NCBI GenBank assembly: GCA_038209745.1
Contig: JBBQXJ010000095.1
Span: forward strand, 1 to 16,585
DNA from: Verrucomicrobiota bacterium
Lineage (GTDB): Bacteria > Verrucomicrobiota > Verrucomicrobiia > Limisphaerales > CANJSG01
Direction: 5' to 3'
DNA length: 16,585 nucleotides
Part shown: positions 7,901 through 16,349 of the stretch, piece by piece
Layout of the letters: each line of letters opens with the position of its first letter
How positions within the stretch are numbered: the stretch's first letter is position 1
Position numbers and translations under genes: made by a program
Notes under the pieces: generated by a model
The model's input: only the letters and a program-made list of their open reading frames with translations
Told to the model about the DNA's origin: nothing
Databases searched by the model: none

Positions 7901-8799
7901 GGCATTTTCGGAAAGTAGCATCTGGGCGACAACGACCGACTGCGCGCCACCGATCGGGGATTCGAGGAGGCGCCCGTGCCGCGCGGCCATCCCGGCAATG
8001 CCGACGTTGTCGCCCGCTTCGACGCCATGGTGGAGAACATCGACCAGAACGTCGGCCGGCTTATGGCGCCCGCCATGTGGGGCAGATGCGTGGCCAGAAA
8101 ACCGAGAACCACGACGGCAGCATCCGGTCGCCTTTCTTCGCCCATTGGCCCGCGCGGTTCAAAGCCAGCACCCACAGCGACCGCATCGCCGCATTCAACC
8201 GGTGGCGTTCAACAACGTGGCCGTCCGAGACCCGGACTGGAAGCGGGTCCATCCCTCGGGCTTCGGCGCGCAGAAGATGCCGACCGATATGCCTCTGGAA
8301 CTCTACGGGGCCGACGCCGATCCGACCGCGAAGACGAATCTGACCAGGACGCATCCAGACATGGTGAAGCGGCTGTCAGCCGCCTGAGACCCGTGGTTCC
8401 AGACCGTTGCTTCCACCCGGCCCGACAACTTTGCCCCGCCCCGCATCATCATCGGCACCGACCATGAAACGACGACGGTGCTGACGCGGCAAGATTGGCG
8501 CGTGACCGAACCGGAGGGCTGAGGGCCACAACGGCCATTGGGACCTCCACGCCGCCCAGAACGCCGTCTCCGACGTGGAACTGCACTGGCCCAAGCCGAT
8601 CAAACCCGCCGAGATCGAAGTCCGCGCTGGCAAAACCCTCCGAACGCTGGAGTTGAAGGAAGCGTCGGCCTCAGCCGAGCTGAAAGGTATCGCGATCAAA
8701 TAAGGCGATCTGGAGCTGAACGTGGGTCTGCTGCGGGACGGCAAACGGGAGGATCCGTATCACGTGATTCTCAAGCGGGTGTCGGTCGGTAAACAGTAG
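7901..8799 (+). pseudogene. Decayed arylsulfatase pseudogene
   Basis: Collinear fragments across frames: GIFGK*HLGDN (GKWHLG motif, TAG at 7916), [81 protein letters not shown]. Further stops at 8385, 8520 and 8701, plus frameshifts. Confidence 0.85.
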
Positions 8800-9034
8800 C
8801 CCGATGGGTCGTTCAGGCCGCATTCCGGGGGTGTCGTCGTGCTGCGCGTTCCTCAACCTCCGGCTACCGTCTGACAAACCTTTGAGGTTGCCGGAAGACG
8901 ACGAATCGCTTGCGGCTACGAAGCGGGTGATCGACGACCTCCGGTCAACGCCACGTATTGGCGGCGGAGATTCTACGCCCCCTCCTCGGACGGGCTTCTA
9001 CCTTCTCACCTACTCGGGATAGTTCTTCTTCCGT

Positions 9035-9460
9035 TCAGGAACCAATATGCGCCATCCACATCTGATGAGCGCCAGCCAATACGAACGGCAACTCCGGGTC
9101 TTCTTTCGCGACACGGACCGTCATGATGAAACTACTCTCGTCGTATTCCGCGCTCCAGCGTCCGAAGGAAATCTTAACCTTCATCGGAAATCTCTCCTCC
9201 AGAATCTCCAATTCGGAATCGCCGATACGAAGAATCTGTCGGCGGCCAAAAAGGCCACGAAAACGAAGAAGAGGAAGACGCCTTCCACTGATCACAATGT
9301 CAGCATCAGGAAGAAACGTGTTTTTGATCTGAAAACGCACGCTCTCATCGGCTCCTCTCATGGTGCGATAGTCACTGGCCCACGATTCACCGCCTTCAAA
9401 GCGGATCACCGCCCCGGTATTCTGCCACAAAGCTCCGCGACGTGGTGAGATGGTGAGCAT
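9035..9460 (-). CDS. Hypothetical protein
   Basis: 141-aa ATG-started ORF with protein-like, beta-rich composition in a lower-GC stretch; no family recognised. Confidence 0.55.
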   Translation of the reverse strand: MLTISPRRGALWQNTGAVIRFEGGESWASDYRTMRGADESVRFQIKNTFLPDADIVISGRRLPLLRFRGLFGRRQILRIGDSELEILEERFPMKVKISFGRWSAEYDESSFIMTVRVAKEDPELPFVLAGAHQMWMAHIGS

Positions 9461-9695
9461 ACTTCGGCTAACAGATATTCGGCCTCAATTTACGATGAAG
9501 CACGATTGGTGGGAGCGCAGTCACCGGAAAAGGGTAATCACGAGGAACTGGCTGTCGAGCAGGGTTTCGGCAAAGGCCCGGCATGGAGCAGACATGTCGG
9601 AATGCAACGGTGGTGAGACCCAAAGGCAACAGTGGACCCGTTGAACAGAATTTGTCCCGAACGATGCGACCTGCCCGCCACTGCACAATCCCTGT

Positions 9696-10553
9696 TCAGG
9701 ACTCCGCCAGCTTCGCCGCCTCCAGCACGCGTTCCAGGATCACGTCGGCGATGTGGGGTTCGTTGCCGATGCTGGGGGTATACCAGACTTTCTTGCCCTG
9801 CTTCTCGGTGGGGTTGCGCCAGGTGGGCTGGCCTTCCTTGAAGCGCTTCTGCACGACGGCTTCGGGTTCGCCCAGCATCACCGGGATGTCCTCGAAGGAG
9901 TGCAGCCCGTCGCTGATGAAGAAAGGGACCATCACGATGTTCTTGGTCTGGGCCAGCGCGTAGCAGTCGCCGATGCGCGGCTCCTCCTCCATGAAGGCGG
10001 CGTGGACTTCACCGTAGATCCCCATGGCGCGGATGAGCTCGACCTGGTGCTCGATGGCTTTGCGGGAGTTCTCGCTGTTGCCGGTGCCGTGGCCGGCGAT
10101 GAAGAGCGCGGTGTCCTGAGGTTTGGCCGGTCGGGGAAAAGGATACTTGTCCAACGTCTCCTGGGCGCGGGCGAGGAGCACCCGCGTCATGCTGTCGTGG
10201 GTGCCGACGGGGCCGCAGTAGTAGACGGTCTGTTCGCCGCGCGTTCGGACGATGGGCGCCTGGACAACGTCGCCCTTGGCGCAGAGGCCGAGTTCGCGCG
10301 GGATGACCTGCTCGGTGAAGTAGCCTTCGCTGATGAAGAGGGGCACACAGAAAATGCGTTTGCCCCAGGCGCCGCGCAACACGGCGCAGAAGTTGGGCTC
10401 CTGCTTCCAGAAGCTTTCCAGCACCTGACCGAAGATGCCGCGCCGCCGGAGCTCGTCGACGTGCTGGAAGGTCGGCGCGTCGGAATCGGCGTTGAGCGTC
10501 GATCCGTGGCCGAGGATGACCAGCGTGGCGTCGGACAGGTCCGGTAGTTGCAT
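9696..10553 (-). CDS. CbiX/SirB-like class II chelatase domain protein (two CbiX-like halves)
   Basis: LVILGHGS...VPLFISEGYFT and FIAGHGT...AAFMEEEP...VPFFISDGLHSFEDIP; start set at ATG 10553 (MQLPDLS). Confidence 0.85.
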   Translation of the reverse strand: MQLPDLSDATLVILGHGSTLNADSDAPTFQHVDELRRRGIFGQVLESFWKQEPNFCAVLRGAWGKRIFCVPLFISEGYFTEQVIPRELGLCAKGDVVQAPIVRTRGEQTVYYCGPVGTHDSMTRVLLARAQETLDKYPFPRPAKPQDTALFIAGHGTGNSENSRKAIEHQVELIRAMGIYGEVHAAFMEEEPRIGDCYALAQTKNIVMVPFFISDGLHSFEDIPVMLGEPEAVVQKRFKEGQPTWRNPTEKQGKKVWYTPSIGNEPHIADVILERVLEAAKLAES

Positions 10554-10586
10554 CGGCGAAGAAGTAGCGGGCCGATCCCTGCGGGG

Positions 10587-10711
10587 CAAATCCGAAGCGC
10601 GAAGGCCAAAGGACGAACACGTCGCCAGAGGCGGAAGCGGAATTGTCGACAGGTGTTTCGCAACGGGGCTTCGGGTTTCCTCCGGGCTTTGGCCTTCGGG
10701 CTTCGGATTTG
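10587..10711. repeat. Inverted repeat built from heptamer units
   Basis: 10587-10611 CAAATCCGAAGCGCGAAGGCCAAAG matches the reverse complement of 10687-10711 at 24/25 nt; 7-nt periodicity TCCGAAG CGCGAAG GCCAAAG GACGAAC. Confidence 0.8.
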
Positions 10712-10788
10712 GCGAAGTGCGCCGTGAAACGCCCGCATCCAGCCCCTTGATGCCCGGCGGGTTCTGGCGCTAACTACCGATACTTGGC

Positions 10789-11436
10789 ATGAACCATCCT
10801 CCCCGCATCCTGATCGTCGAGGACGACGACCTCCAGTATGAGATCTATGAAGAGGCGTTGTCGGAGTTCGACCTCGTCCGCGCCAAGAGCGGGAGCGAGG
10901 CGTTGGTGGAGCTGCCCAAGATCCAGCCCGATATCATCCTCCTCGACCACATCCTCGACGGGGGCGATCTGGGGCTGGACTACCTGCCGGAATTCAAGGA
11001 TCTCCTGCCCTTCGTCCCGATCATCGTGGTTTCCGGCGCGCTGGAGGTGCACCAGCAGATGACCGCGTTGCAGGGACCGCGGCGGGCCCATTACTGCCTG
11101 ACGAAGCCGGTGGACATGGACGACATCCAGAAGCTCGTGAAGCAGGCGCTGGAGGAATGCGGCGAGACCGAAGTTGTGCGCAGCTTCGAGGCGCTCGAAC
11201 GATCGAAGCGCGTGGATGCGCTGGAGCTCTTCAGCCGCTCCACCGACCGCCTCACCCGGCAGAACCACATCCGCCAACAGCTCGGCGAATCATTGGAACG
11301 TCCGAACATCTCCGCGCTGGCCCGCCAATACGCCGTGGCCCGGCGCACGATCATCCGGGATCTCCAGGAATTGATCCGCCGCGGCCAGCTCAAGCCGGAG
11401 ATCTATCCGGAGTGGGAATCGGAGCCGAAGGAGTAG
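10789..11436 (+). CDS. Response regulator (REC + C-terminal HTH)
   Basis: ILIVEDDD, DIILLD (phospho-Asp), VVSG, LTKP; C-terminal ISALARQYAVARRTIIRDLQELIRRGQL helix-turn-helix. Confidence 0.9.
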   Translation: MNHPPRILIVEDDDLQYEIYEEALSEFDLVRAKSGSEALVELPKIQPDIILLDHILDGGDLGLDYLPEFKDLLPFVPIIVVSGALEVHQQMTALQGPRRAHYCLTKPVDMDDIQKLVKQALEECGETEVVRSFEALERSKRVDALELFSRSTDRLTRQNHIRQQLGESLERPNISALARQYAVARRTIIRDLQELIRRGQLKPEIYPEWESEPKE

Positions 11437-11452
11437 GCCCGCCGAACGGGAA

Positions 11453-11609
11453 GGGGCGCGGACGGCCACGTCCACGAGTCGCGCACACTGGAAGGCGCGC
11501 CGGAGTGTCCGACTCTGTGCCACACGCTTCAGGTGGTTGTCCAGAGGGCCTGGAACTGGCCCGTCGTGCCTTTGAAGGTGGCCTCGCGGATGTGACCCGT
11601 CCGCGCTCC
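11453..11609. repeat. GGAG-type REP-like doublet between convergent genes
   Basis: GGGGCGCGGACGGCCACGTCCACGAG (11453-11478) inverted against CTCGCGGATGTGACCCGTCCGCGCTCC (11583-11609); same family as 1663-1818. Confidence 0.75.
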
Positions 11610-11614
11610 GAGCT

Positions 11615-13753
11615 TCACGGTTTCCGACGCACCTTCATCTCACGTTTGGCCGGTCTGCCGGCGAGGGCCGCGGAGCTTTTCTTCCCGTCCAGAGCCAGGT
11701 CGATGAACTCCGTCTGGCTGCGGCGCAACGTTTCCTTCTTCCCCGGCTTGGGCAGCAGGTAGGTGCCGTCCGGTTGGAGGATGCGGGCCTTGGTGTTGTC
11801 GCCGAGCTGGAGTTCCAGGAGCTCGTTCTTCAGGCGGTCGATCAGGTTGCCGTCCTCGATCGGGAAGACGACCTCGATGCGCTTGTAGAAGTTGCGCGGC
11901 ATCCAGTCGGCGCTGCCCACATAGACCTCGGGCTGAAGCGCGTTCTCAAAATAGGCGACACGCGAATGCTCGAGGAAGCGGTCGACAATGCTGCGGACGG
12001 AAATGGTCTCGCTCAGGCCGGGGACGCCCGGCCGCAGACAGCAGATGCCGCGCACGATGAGGTCGATCTTCACGCCGGCCTGCGAAGCCCGGTAGAGAGC
12101 CTCGATGGTCTCGCGGTCGACCAGGGCGTTCATCTTCGCGAGGATGCGGGCGGGCAATCCCCGCCGGGCATGTTCCGTCTCGCGGTCGATCAGCTCGTTG
12201 ATCCTCGGGTGCAGGCTGAAGGGCGCGACCAGCAGCTTCTTCGTTCCCTGGAACTGGCAGATGCCGGTCAGGAGATTGAACAGGTTCGCGGCGTCCTCGC
12301 CGTAGTCGGGCCGGCACGTGAGCAGGCTGACGTCGGTGTAGAACCGCGCGGTGGTGGGGTTGTAGTTGCCGGTGCCGAGGTGGAGGTAGCGGCGGATGCA
12401 GTCCTCGTCGCGCCGGACGATGAGGCACATCTTCGAATGGACCTTGTAGCCGACGAGACCGTAGACGACGTGGACGCCCGCCTCCTCCAGCTGCCGGGCC
12501 CAGCGGATGTTGTTCGCCTCGTCGAAGCGGGCCTTCAACTCCACGACCGCCGTGACCTGCTTGCCGTTCTTCACCGCCTCCATCAGCGAACCGACGATGC
12601 GCGTGTCGCCCGAGGTCCGGTAGAGCGTCTGCTTGATCGCGAGGACATCGGGATCCGCGGCCGCCCGCTTCAAGAAGTCGACGACGGTGCTGAAGCTCTC
12701 GTAGGGATGGTGCAGCAGGATGTCGCGGCGGCGGATCGCGGCGAAAAGGTCCGGCTCGTTCGCGACGGAGCGGGCCACCGGCGCGATGAACGGCGGATCG
12801 CGCAGCTCCGGCGAATGGTCGCCGTCATAGATCGCCATCAAGCGCGTGGGATTGATCGGGCCGTCGATGACGTAGAGATCCTCGGGGCCGAGCTGGAGGT
12901 GCTCCAACAGCTGGGAGCGGATCTCCTCCGGACAGTCTTTCTCGACCTCCAGCCGCACGGCGTCGCCCTTGCGGCGGTTGTGCAGCTCGGCCTCGACGGC
13001 CTTCAGCAGATTGGCGACGTCCTCCTCGTCGATGTAGAGCTCGCTGTTGCGGGTGACGCGGAAGTTCCACGCGCCCAGCAACAGCGTGCCCGGGAAAAGA
13101 TCGCCCAGATAATGGCGGATGATGTTCGCGAGGAAGACGTAGTCCATCCGGCCATCGTCGCGGGGCAGCTTGACCAGGCGGGGCAGCGAGCGCGGCACCT
13201 GCACGATCGCGAGCCGCTTCTGCCCGCCGTCGCCGGTCATCAACTCGAGCTGGACGAGGATGTTCAGCGTCTTGTTCATCAACTGCGGAAAGGGGTGCGC
13301 GAGATCGATGCCCAGCGGCGTGAGGACCAGGGCGACTTCCTTCCGGTAATAGGCGTCGATCCAGTCGCGATCGGCCTCGTCCAACTGGTCGATGGCGAGG
13401 AAGCGGATGCCGTTGCGGGCGAGCCCGGGCAGCAGCTCCTTGCGCCAGCACTCGGATTGCAGGTCGAGCATGGCGACCACGCGCTGGCGGATCTCCCGCA
13501 GGGTCTGGGAGGCGGTGCGACCGTCGGCCGTGCGCTCGACGACGTGGCTCTCGACCTGTTGTTTCAGGCCGGCGACGCGGACCTCGAAGAACTCGTCGAG
13601 ATTGGAGCTGACGATGGTGAGGAACTTGACCCGCTCCAGCAGCGGCGTCGCCGGGTTCAACGCCTCGTCGAGGACACGCCGGTTGAACTCCAGCCAGCTG
13701 AGTTCGCGGTTGAAGAAATTTGCGGCGGCAGTCTTGGGAACCGGGGCAGCCAT
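11615..13753 (-). CDS. ppk1: Polyphosphate kinase 1
   Basis: FFNRELSWLEFNRRVL, SSNLDEFFEVRVAGL, LLHHPYESF, IKQTLYRT, ELKARFDE, KVHSK, HLGTGNYN, RFLEHSR, SADWMPRN; start likely ATG 13753. Confidence 0.97.
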   Translation of the reverse strand: MAAPVPKTAAANFFNRELSWLEFNRRVLDEALNPATPLLERVKFLTIVSSNLDEFFEVRVAGLKQQVESHVVERTADGRTASQTLREIRQRVVAMLDLQSECWRKELLPGLARNGIRFLAIDQLDEADRDWIDAYYRKEVALVLTPLGIDLAHPFPQLMNKTLNILVQLELMTGDGGQKRLAIVQVPRSLPRLVKLPRDDGRMDYVFLANIIRHYLGDLFPGTLLLGAWNFRVTRNSELYIDEEDVANLLKAVEAELHNRRKGDAVRLEVEKDCPEEIRSQLLEHLQLGPEDLYVIDGPINPTRLMAIYDGDHSPELRDPPFIAPVARSVANEPDLFAAIRRRDILLHHPYESFSTVVDFLKRAAADPDVLAIKQTLYRTSGDTRIVGSLMEAVKNGKQVTAVVELKARFDEANNIRWARQLEEAGVHVVYGLVGYKVHSKMCLIVRRDEDCIRRYLHLGTGNYNPTTARFYTDVSLLTCRPDYGEDAANLFNLLTGICQFQGTKKLLVAPFSLHPRINELIDRETEHARRGLPARILAKMNALVDRETIEALYRASQAGVKIDLIVRGICCLRPGVPGLSETISVRSIVDRFLEHSRVAYFENALQPEVYVGSADWMPRNFYKRIEVVFPIEDGNLIDRLKNELLELQLGDNTKARILQPDGTYLLPKPGKKETLRRSQTEFIDLALDGKKSSAALAGRPAKREMKVRRKP

Positions 13754-13860
13754 AAGCCTTGGGACGGTAGGGCCCGGCCAGCTCGGGAGGCGAGCCACTT
13801 TTGCGTGGCGGGCGACGGTCGACCGCACCGGGTCAAGAAACAGCCGCCGGGACCATTCTC

Positions 13861-16191
13861 CTACTCCTGCGGATAGACCAGAATCCGATCGTGGACGAAG
13901 ACGACCAGATCGGGCTTGCCGTCGCCGGTGACGTCGCCGACCAGGGCCTCGCGCGGCTCCAAGCCGCTACCGGCGCGGCTTTGCCGGAAGGTGCGTTCCT
14001 CGAAGACCTGCCAACGGTTTCCCGGCACGAGCCGGTGCGGTTTCTCGAACAGCACGATGTCGATGTAGTGTTTGCTGGACTCCAAGAAGACGAGATCCTT
14101 GCGCCCGTCGTTGTTCAAGTCGCCGGAGACGACATCGGTGAGCCGGCCGTCCTTGATCGGGGTCTCGTAGCCGTCGAGCTCGCGCAGTTCCAGCACGTCG
14201 CCCTGGAGTCGCTGCCAAGCGGCGAGGTTCTGTCCGAGGAAGGCGATGCTGTTGGGACGCTTCGCCCCGAGAGCCAGCGGCTGCAGCTCGCCGAATTCCA
14301 TGACCGGCAGCGGGATGTTGCGGAGCACGCGCCAGACGCCCGCCGCGTCGCGCTGCACGAAGCTCAGCGCCCGCCGTTCGGCATCGAGGAGGAACAGCAC
14401 CGGCGTGGGATCGTCGCCGATCTTCAGAGCCGCCGCCGCGACGATCCGCGAATTGCCGGCGGCGCCGTTGATCTGTTCGCGCACGTCGAGGTCCCACTGC
14501 GCCCCGGTCTTCCGGAGAACGACGGTGCGGACGAAGTTCTTCTGTGCCAACAGCAGCTCCGCCTTGCCATCGCCGTCCACGTCCGCGGTGGCACACCACG
14601 GCTTCTCCCCGTCCGCGCCCGGCAAGGTCATCTCGATCTCCTCGAACTCGCCCCCGGCCACTTGTCGCAGGATGCGGGCCTTTTCGTAGGGCACGAGGAT
14701 GATCAGGTCCTCCAGTCCGTCCTGGTCGATGTCATGGGCGACCAGCGCGACCGGCGAACCCTTGAACGACTCGCCGAGACTGAGGGACCGCAGCGAACCA
14801 GCGGCGTTGAAGAGCTGGAGGGAGCGTTTCCCGTCGTTGTCCGCCACCACCGCGAGCACCCGCGCCCCGTCGTTCAAACGAACGGAGCCCAGCAGCAACG
14901 GCCGGCCTTTGAGGGCCACCCGTGTGGGAAACGGAAGCTTGCCCGCATCGTCGAGCCGGGTGACCGCGACCTGCTTCTCGTCCTGGCTGAGCAGCGCCAC
15001 CTCGGCGCGGCCGTCGCCGTCCCAGTCGAGCACCGCGATGTCCGTGATCCCGGCGAGCGTCGGAAACACGGCGGCGGCTCCGAACGTGCCGTTCGTCTGC
15101 TGGAGCTGGAGCGACATCTGGCCGCTCTCCGGATCGGCGGCCAACAGATCGGGCAGTCCGTCGCCGTTGATGTCGGCGAAGGCCAGACCGCGCTTCGCCT
15201 TGGCCGTGCGGGAGAGCGGCTGGATCTCGAAGCGCCCTTCCACCAGTCCCGGCGCCAGCGCCTGGGCTTCGGTCGCCACGATGTTCGCCACCGACGCGCG
15301 CCCGGAATTCTGGGCAATGCCGACGATCTCCGCCTTGTGATCGCCGTCCAGATCATCGGCCCAATAGGAACGCAGCGCGGGGGCGGCAAAGTGGATCTCG
15401 GGCCCGAGCTGACCGGCCGCGTTCTGGAAGCGGACGCGATAGGGCGTCGGCGAATCCCAGTTCACCAGGAGCAGGTCCTGTCGCCCGTCGCCGTCCACAT
15501 CGATGATCTGGACGGACTTCACTTCGGAGGAGAGCGGGATCCGCTGCGGCTCCGACAAACCATGGTCGGCCCGCTGGTAGAGCACGTAGAAATGGCTCTC
15601 GGCCAGCAGCACGACATCCGGCCGGCCATCGCCGTTGAGATCGCCGACCGCCAAGGCATTGGGCGTGAGAAGCGCGTCGTCGATGGGCCAGCGCTTGGGC
15701 GTCGCCCAGCCGTTGGTCCCGAGGTTCGCCTGGAAGACGAGCTCCTTGGGATCGCCGCCGTAGTAGACGAAGTCCGGGCGGCCATCGCCGTTGAGATCGG
15801 CGACGGCCAGCGCGGCGATCCGTTTCTCGGAAGCGACGGAATCGATGCGGAAGCGCGCGTCCGGCGGGAGCTCGTTGACGTCGCCTCGATCCTTGACTGT
15901 GACAGGGCGGTTGGTTTCACCCGTCTGGTTCCACAGGATCTGGATGCGGGAGCGGGCGTTGTTCACGATCACGAGATCGAGTTTTCCGTCGCCGTCCAGA
16001 TCGGCGGAACGCAGCTGCGACGCCGCAAAATCCACGGGAAAGATCTCCGGCCCCTTGAAGCCGAGAGCGGCCGCAGCCGCATGGATGGGCTCGGCCGCCA
16101 CGACGGCTCCGACCCACGCTCCTGTCAAAACGGCTGCAACTGGAAGGATCAACGCGCGCACCCCCCGAAACTGCCACGCGGCCGGTTCCAT
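13861..16191 (-). CDS. Secreted FG-GAP/VCBS repeat (beta-propeller) protein
   Basis: Signal-peptide-like N-terminus and more than ten D-x-D/N-G-D-G-x-x-D/E motifs (DLDGDGKLD, DLNGDGRPD, DVDGDGRQD, DINGDGLPD, DVTGDGKPD). Start codon uncertain. Confidence 0.9.
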   Translation of the reverse strand: MEPAAWQFRGVRALILPVAAVLTGAWVGAVVAAEPIHAAAAALGFKGPEIFPVDFAASQLRSADLDGDGKLDLVIVNNARSRIQILWNQTGETNRPVTVKDRGDVNELPPDARFRIDSVASEKRIAALAVADLNGDGRPDFVYYGGDPKELVFQANLGTNGWATPKRWPIDDALLTPNALAVGDLNGDGRPDVVLLAESHFYVLYQRADHGLSEPQRIPLSSEVKSVQIIDVDGDGRQDLLLVNWDSPTPYRVRFQNAAGQLGPEIHFAAPALRSYWADDLDGDHKAEIVGIAQNSGRASVANIVATEAQALAPGLVEGRFEIQPLSRTAKAKRGLAFADINGDGLPDLLAADPESGQMSLQLQQTNGTFGAAAVFPTLAGITDIAVLDWDGDGRAEVALLSQDEKQVAVTRLDDAGKLPFPTRVALKGRPLLLGSVRLNDGARVLAVVADNDGKRSLQLFNAAGSLRSLSLGESFKGSPVALVAHDIDQDGLEDLIILVPYEKARILRQVAGGEFEEIEMTLPGADGEKPWCATADVDGDGKAELLLAQKNFVRTVVLRKTGAQWDLDVREQINGAAGNSRIVAAAALKIGDDPTPVLFLLDAERRALSFVQRDAAGVWRVLRNIPLPVMEFGELQPLALGAKRPNSIAFLGQNLAAWQRLQGDVLELRELDGYETPIKDGRLTDVVSGDLNNDGRKDLVFLESSKHYIDIVLFEKPHRLVPGNRWQVFEERTFRQSRAGSGLEPREALVGDVTGDGKPDLVVFVHDRILVYPQE

Positions 16192-16311
16192 GCCAGACGA
16201 ATCCTGCGGGACAGAACTTCGGACCTTCGCCTCTCGACCCGAGCCCGCATCGCTTCGCGGGTGTGATTAGAAGTAGCGGTCAAGCCGGCGGGGAAAGTGG
16301 ATATTTTGGCA

Positions 16312-16339
16312 TTGTACAAAGGGGGTTTTTGCGTATGGT
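16312..16339 (+). promoter_or_regulatory. Possible sigma70-type promoter inside the IS end
   Basis: TTGTAC-N16-TATGGT just upstream of the transposase ATG. Confidence 0.3.
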
Positions 16340-16349
16340 GGAGGTGTTC

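Noticed and set aside
7901..8799. Stop-codon reassignment or readthrough in the sulfatase
   Set aside because: All three stop types occur together with frameshifts and deletions, and neighbouring genes use the standard code.
8804..9022. 72-aa plus-strand ORF
   Set aside because: No recognisable motif or ribosome binding site; cannot be supported.
13766..13830. GGTAGGGCCCGG... possible REP between ppk1 and the FG-GAP gene
   Set aside because: The palindrome is poor and has no clear inverted partner.
15623..15799. Exact 21-nt direct repeat CGGCCATCGCCGTTGAGATCG at 15623 and 15779
   Set aside because: Explained by two DLNGDGR protein repeat motifs; not CRISPR or TR/VR.
16215..16240. Weak CTTCG periodicity near the IS end
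   Set aside because: Spacing is irregular (8 then 7 nt), there are only three units, and no inverted arm is visible.
11774..16266. 700-aa and 821-aa plus-strand ORFs
   Set aside because: Antisense shadows of ppk1 and the FG-GAP gene, caused by codon bias.
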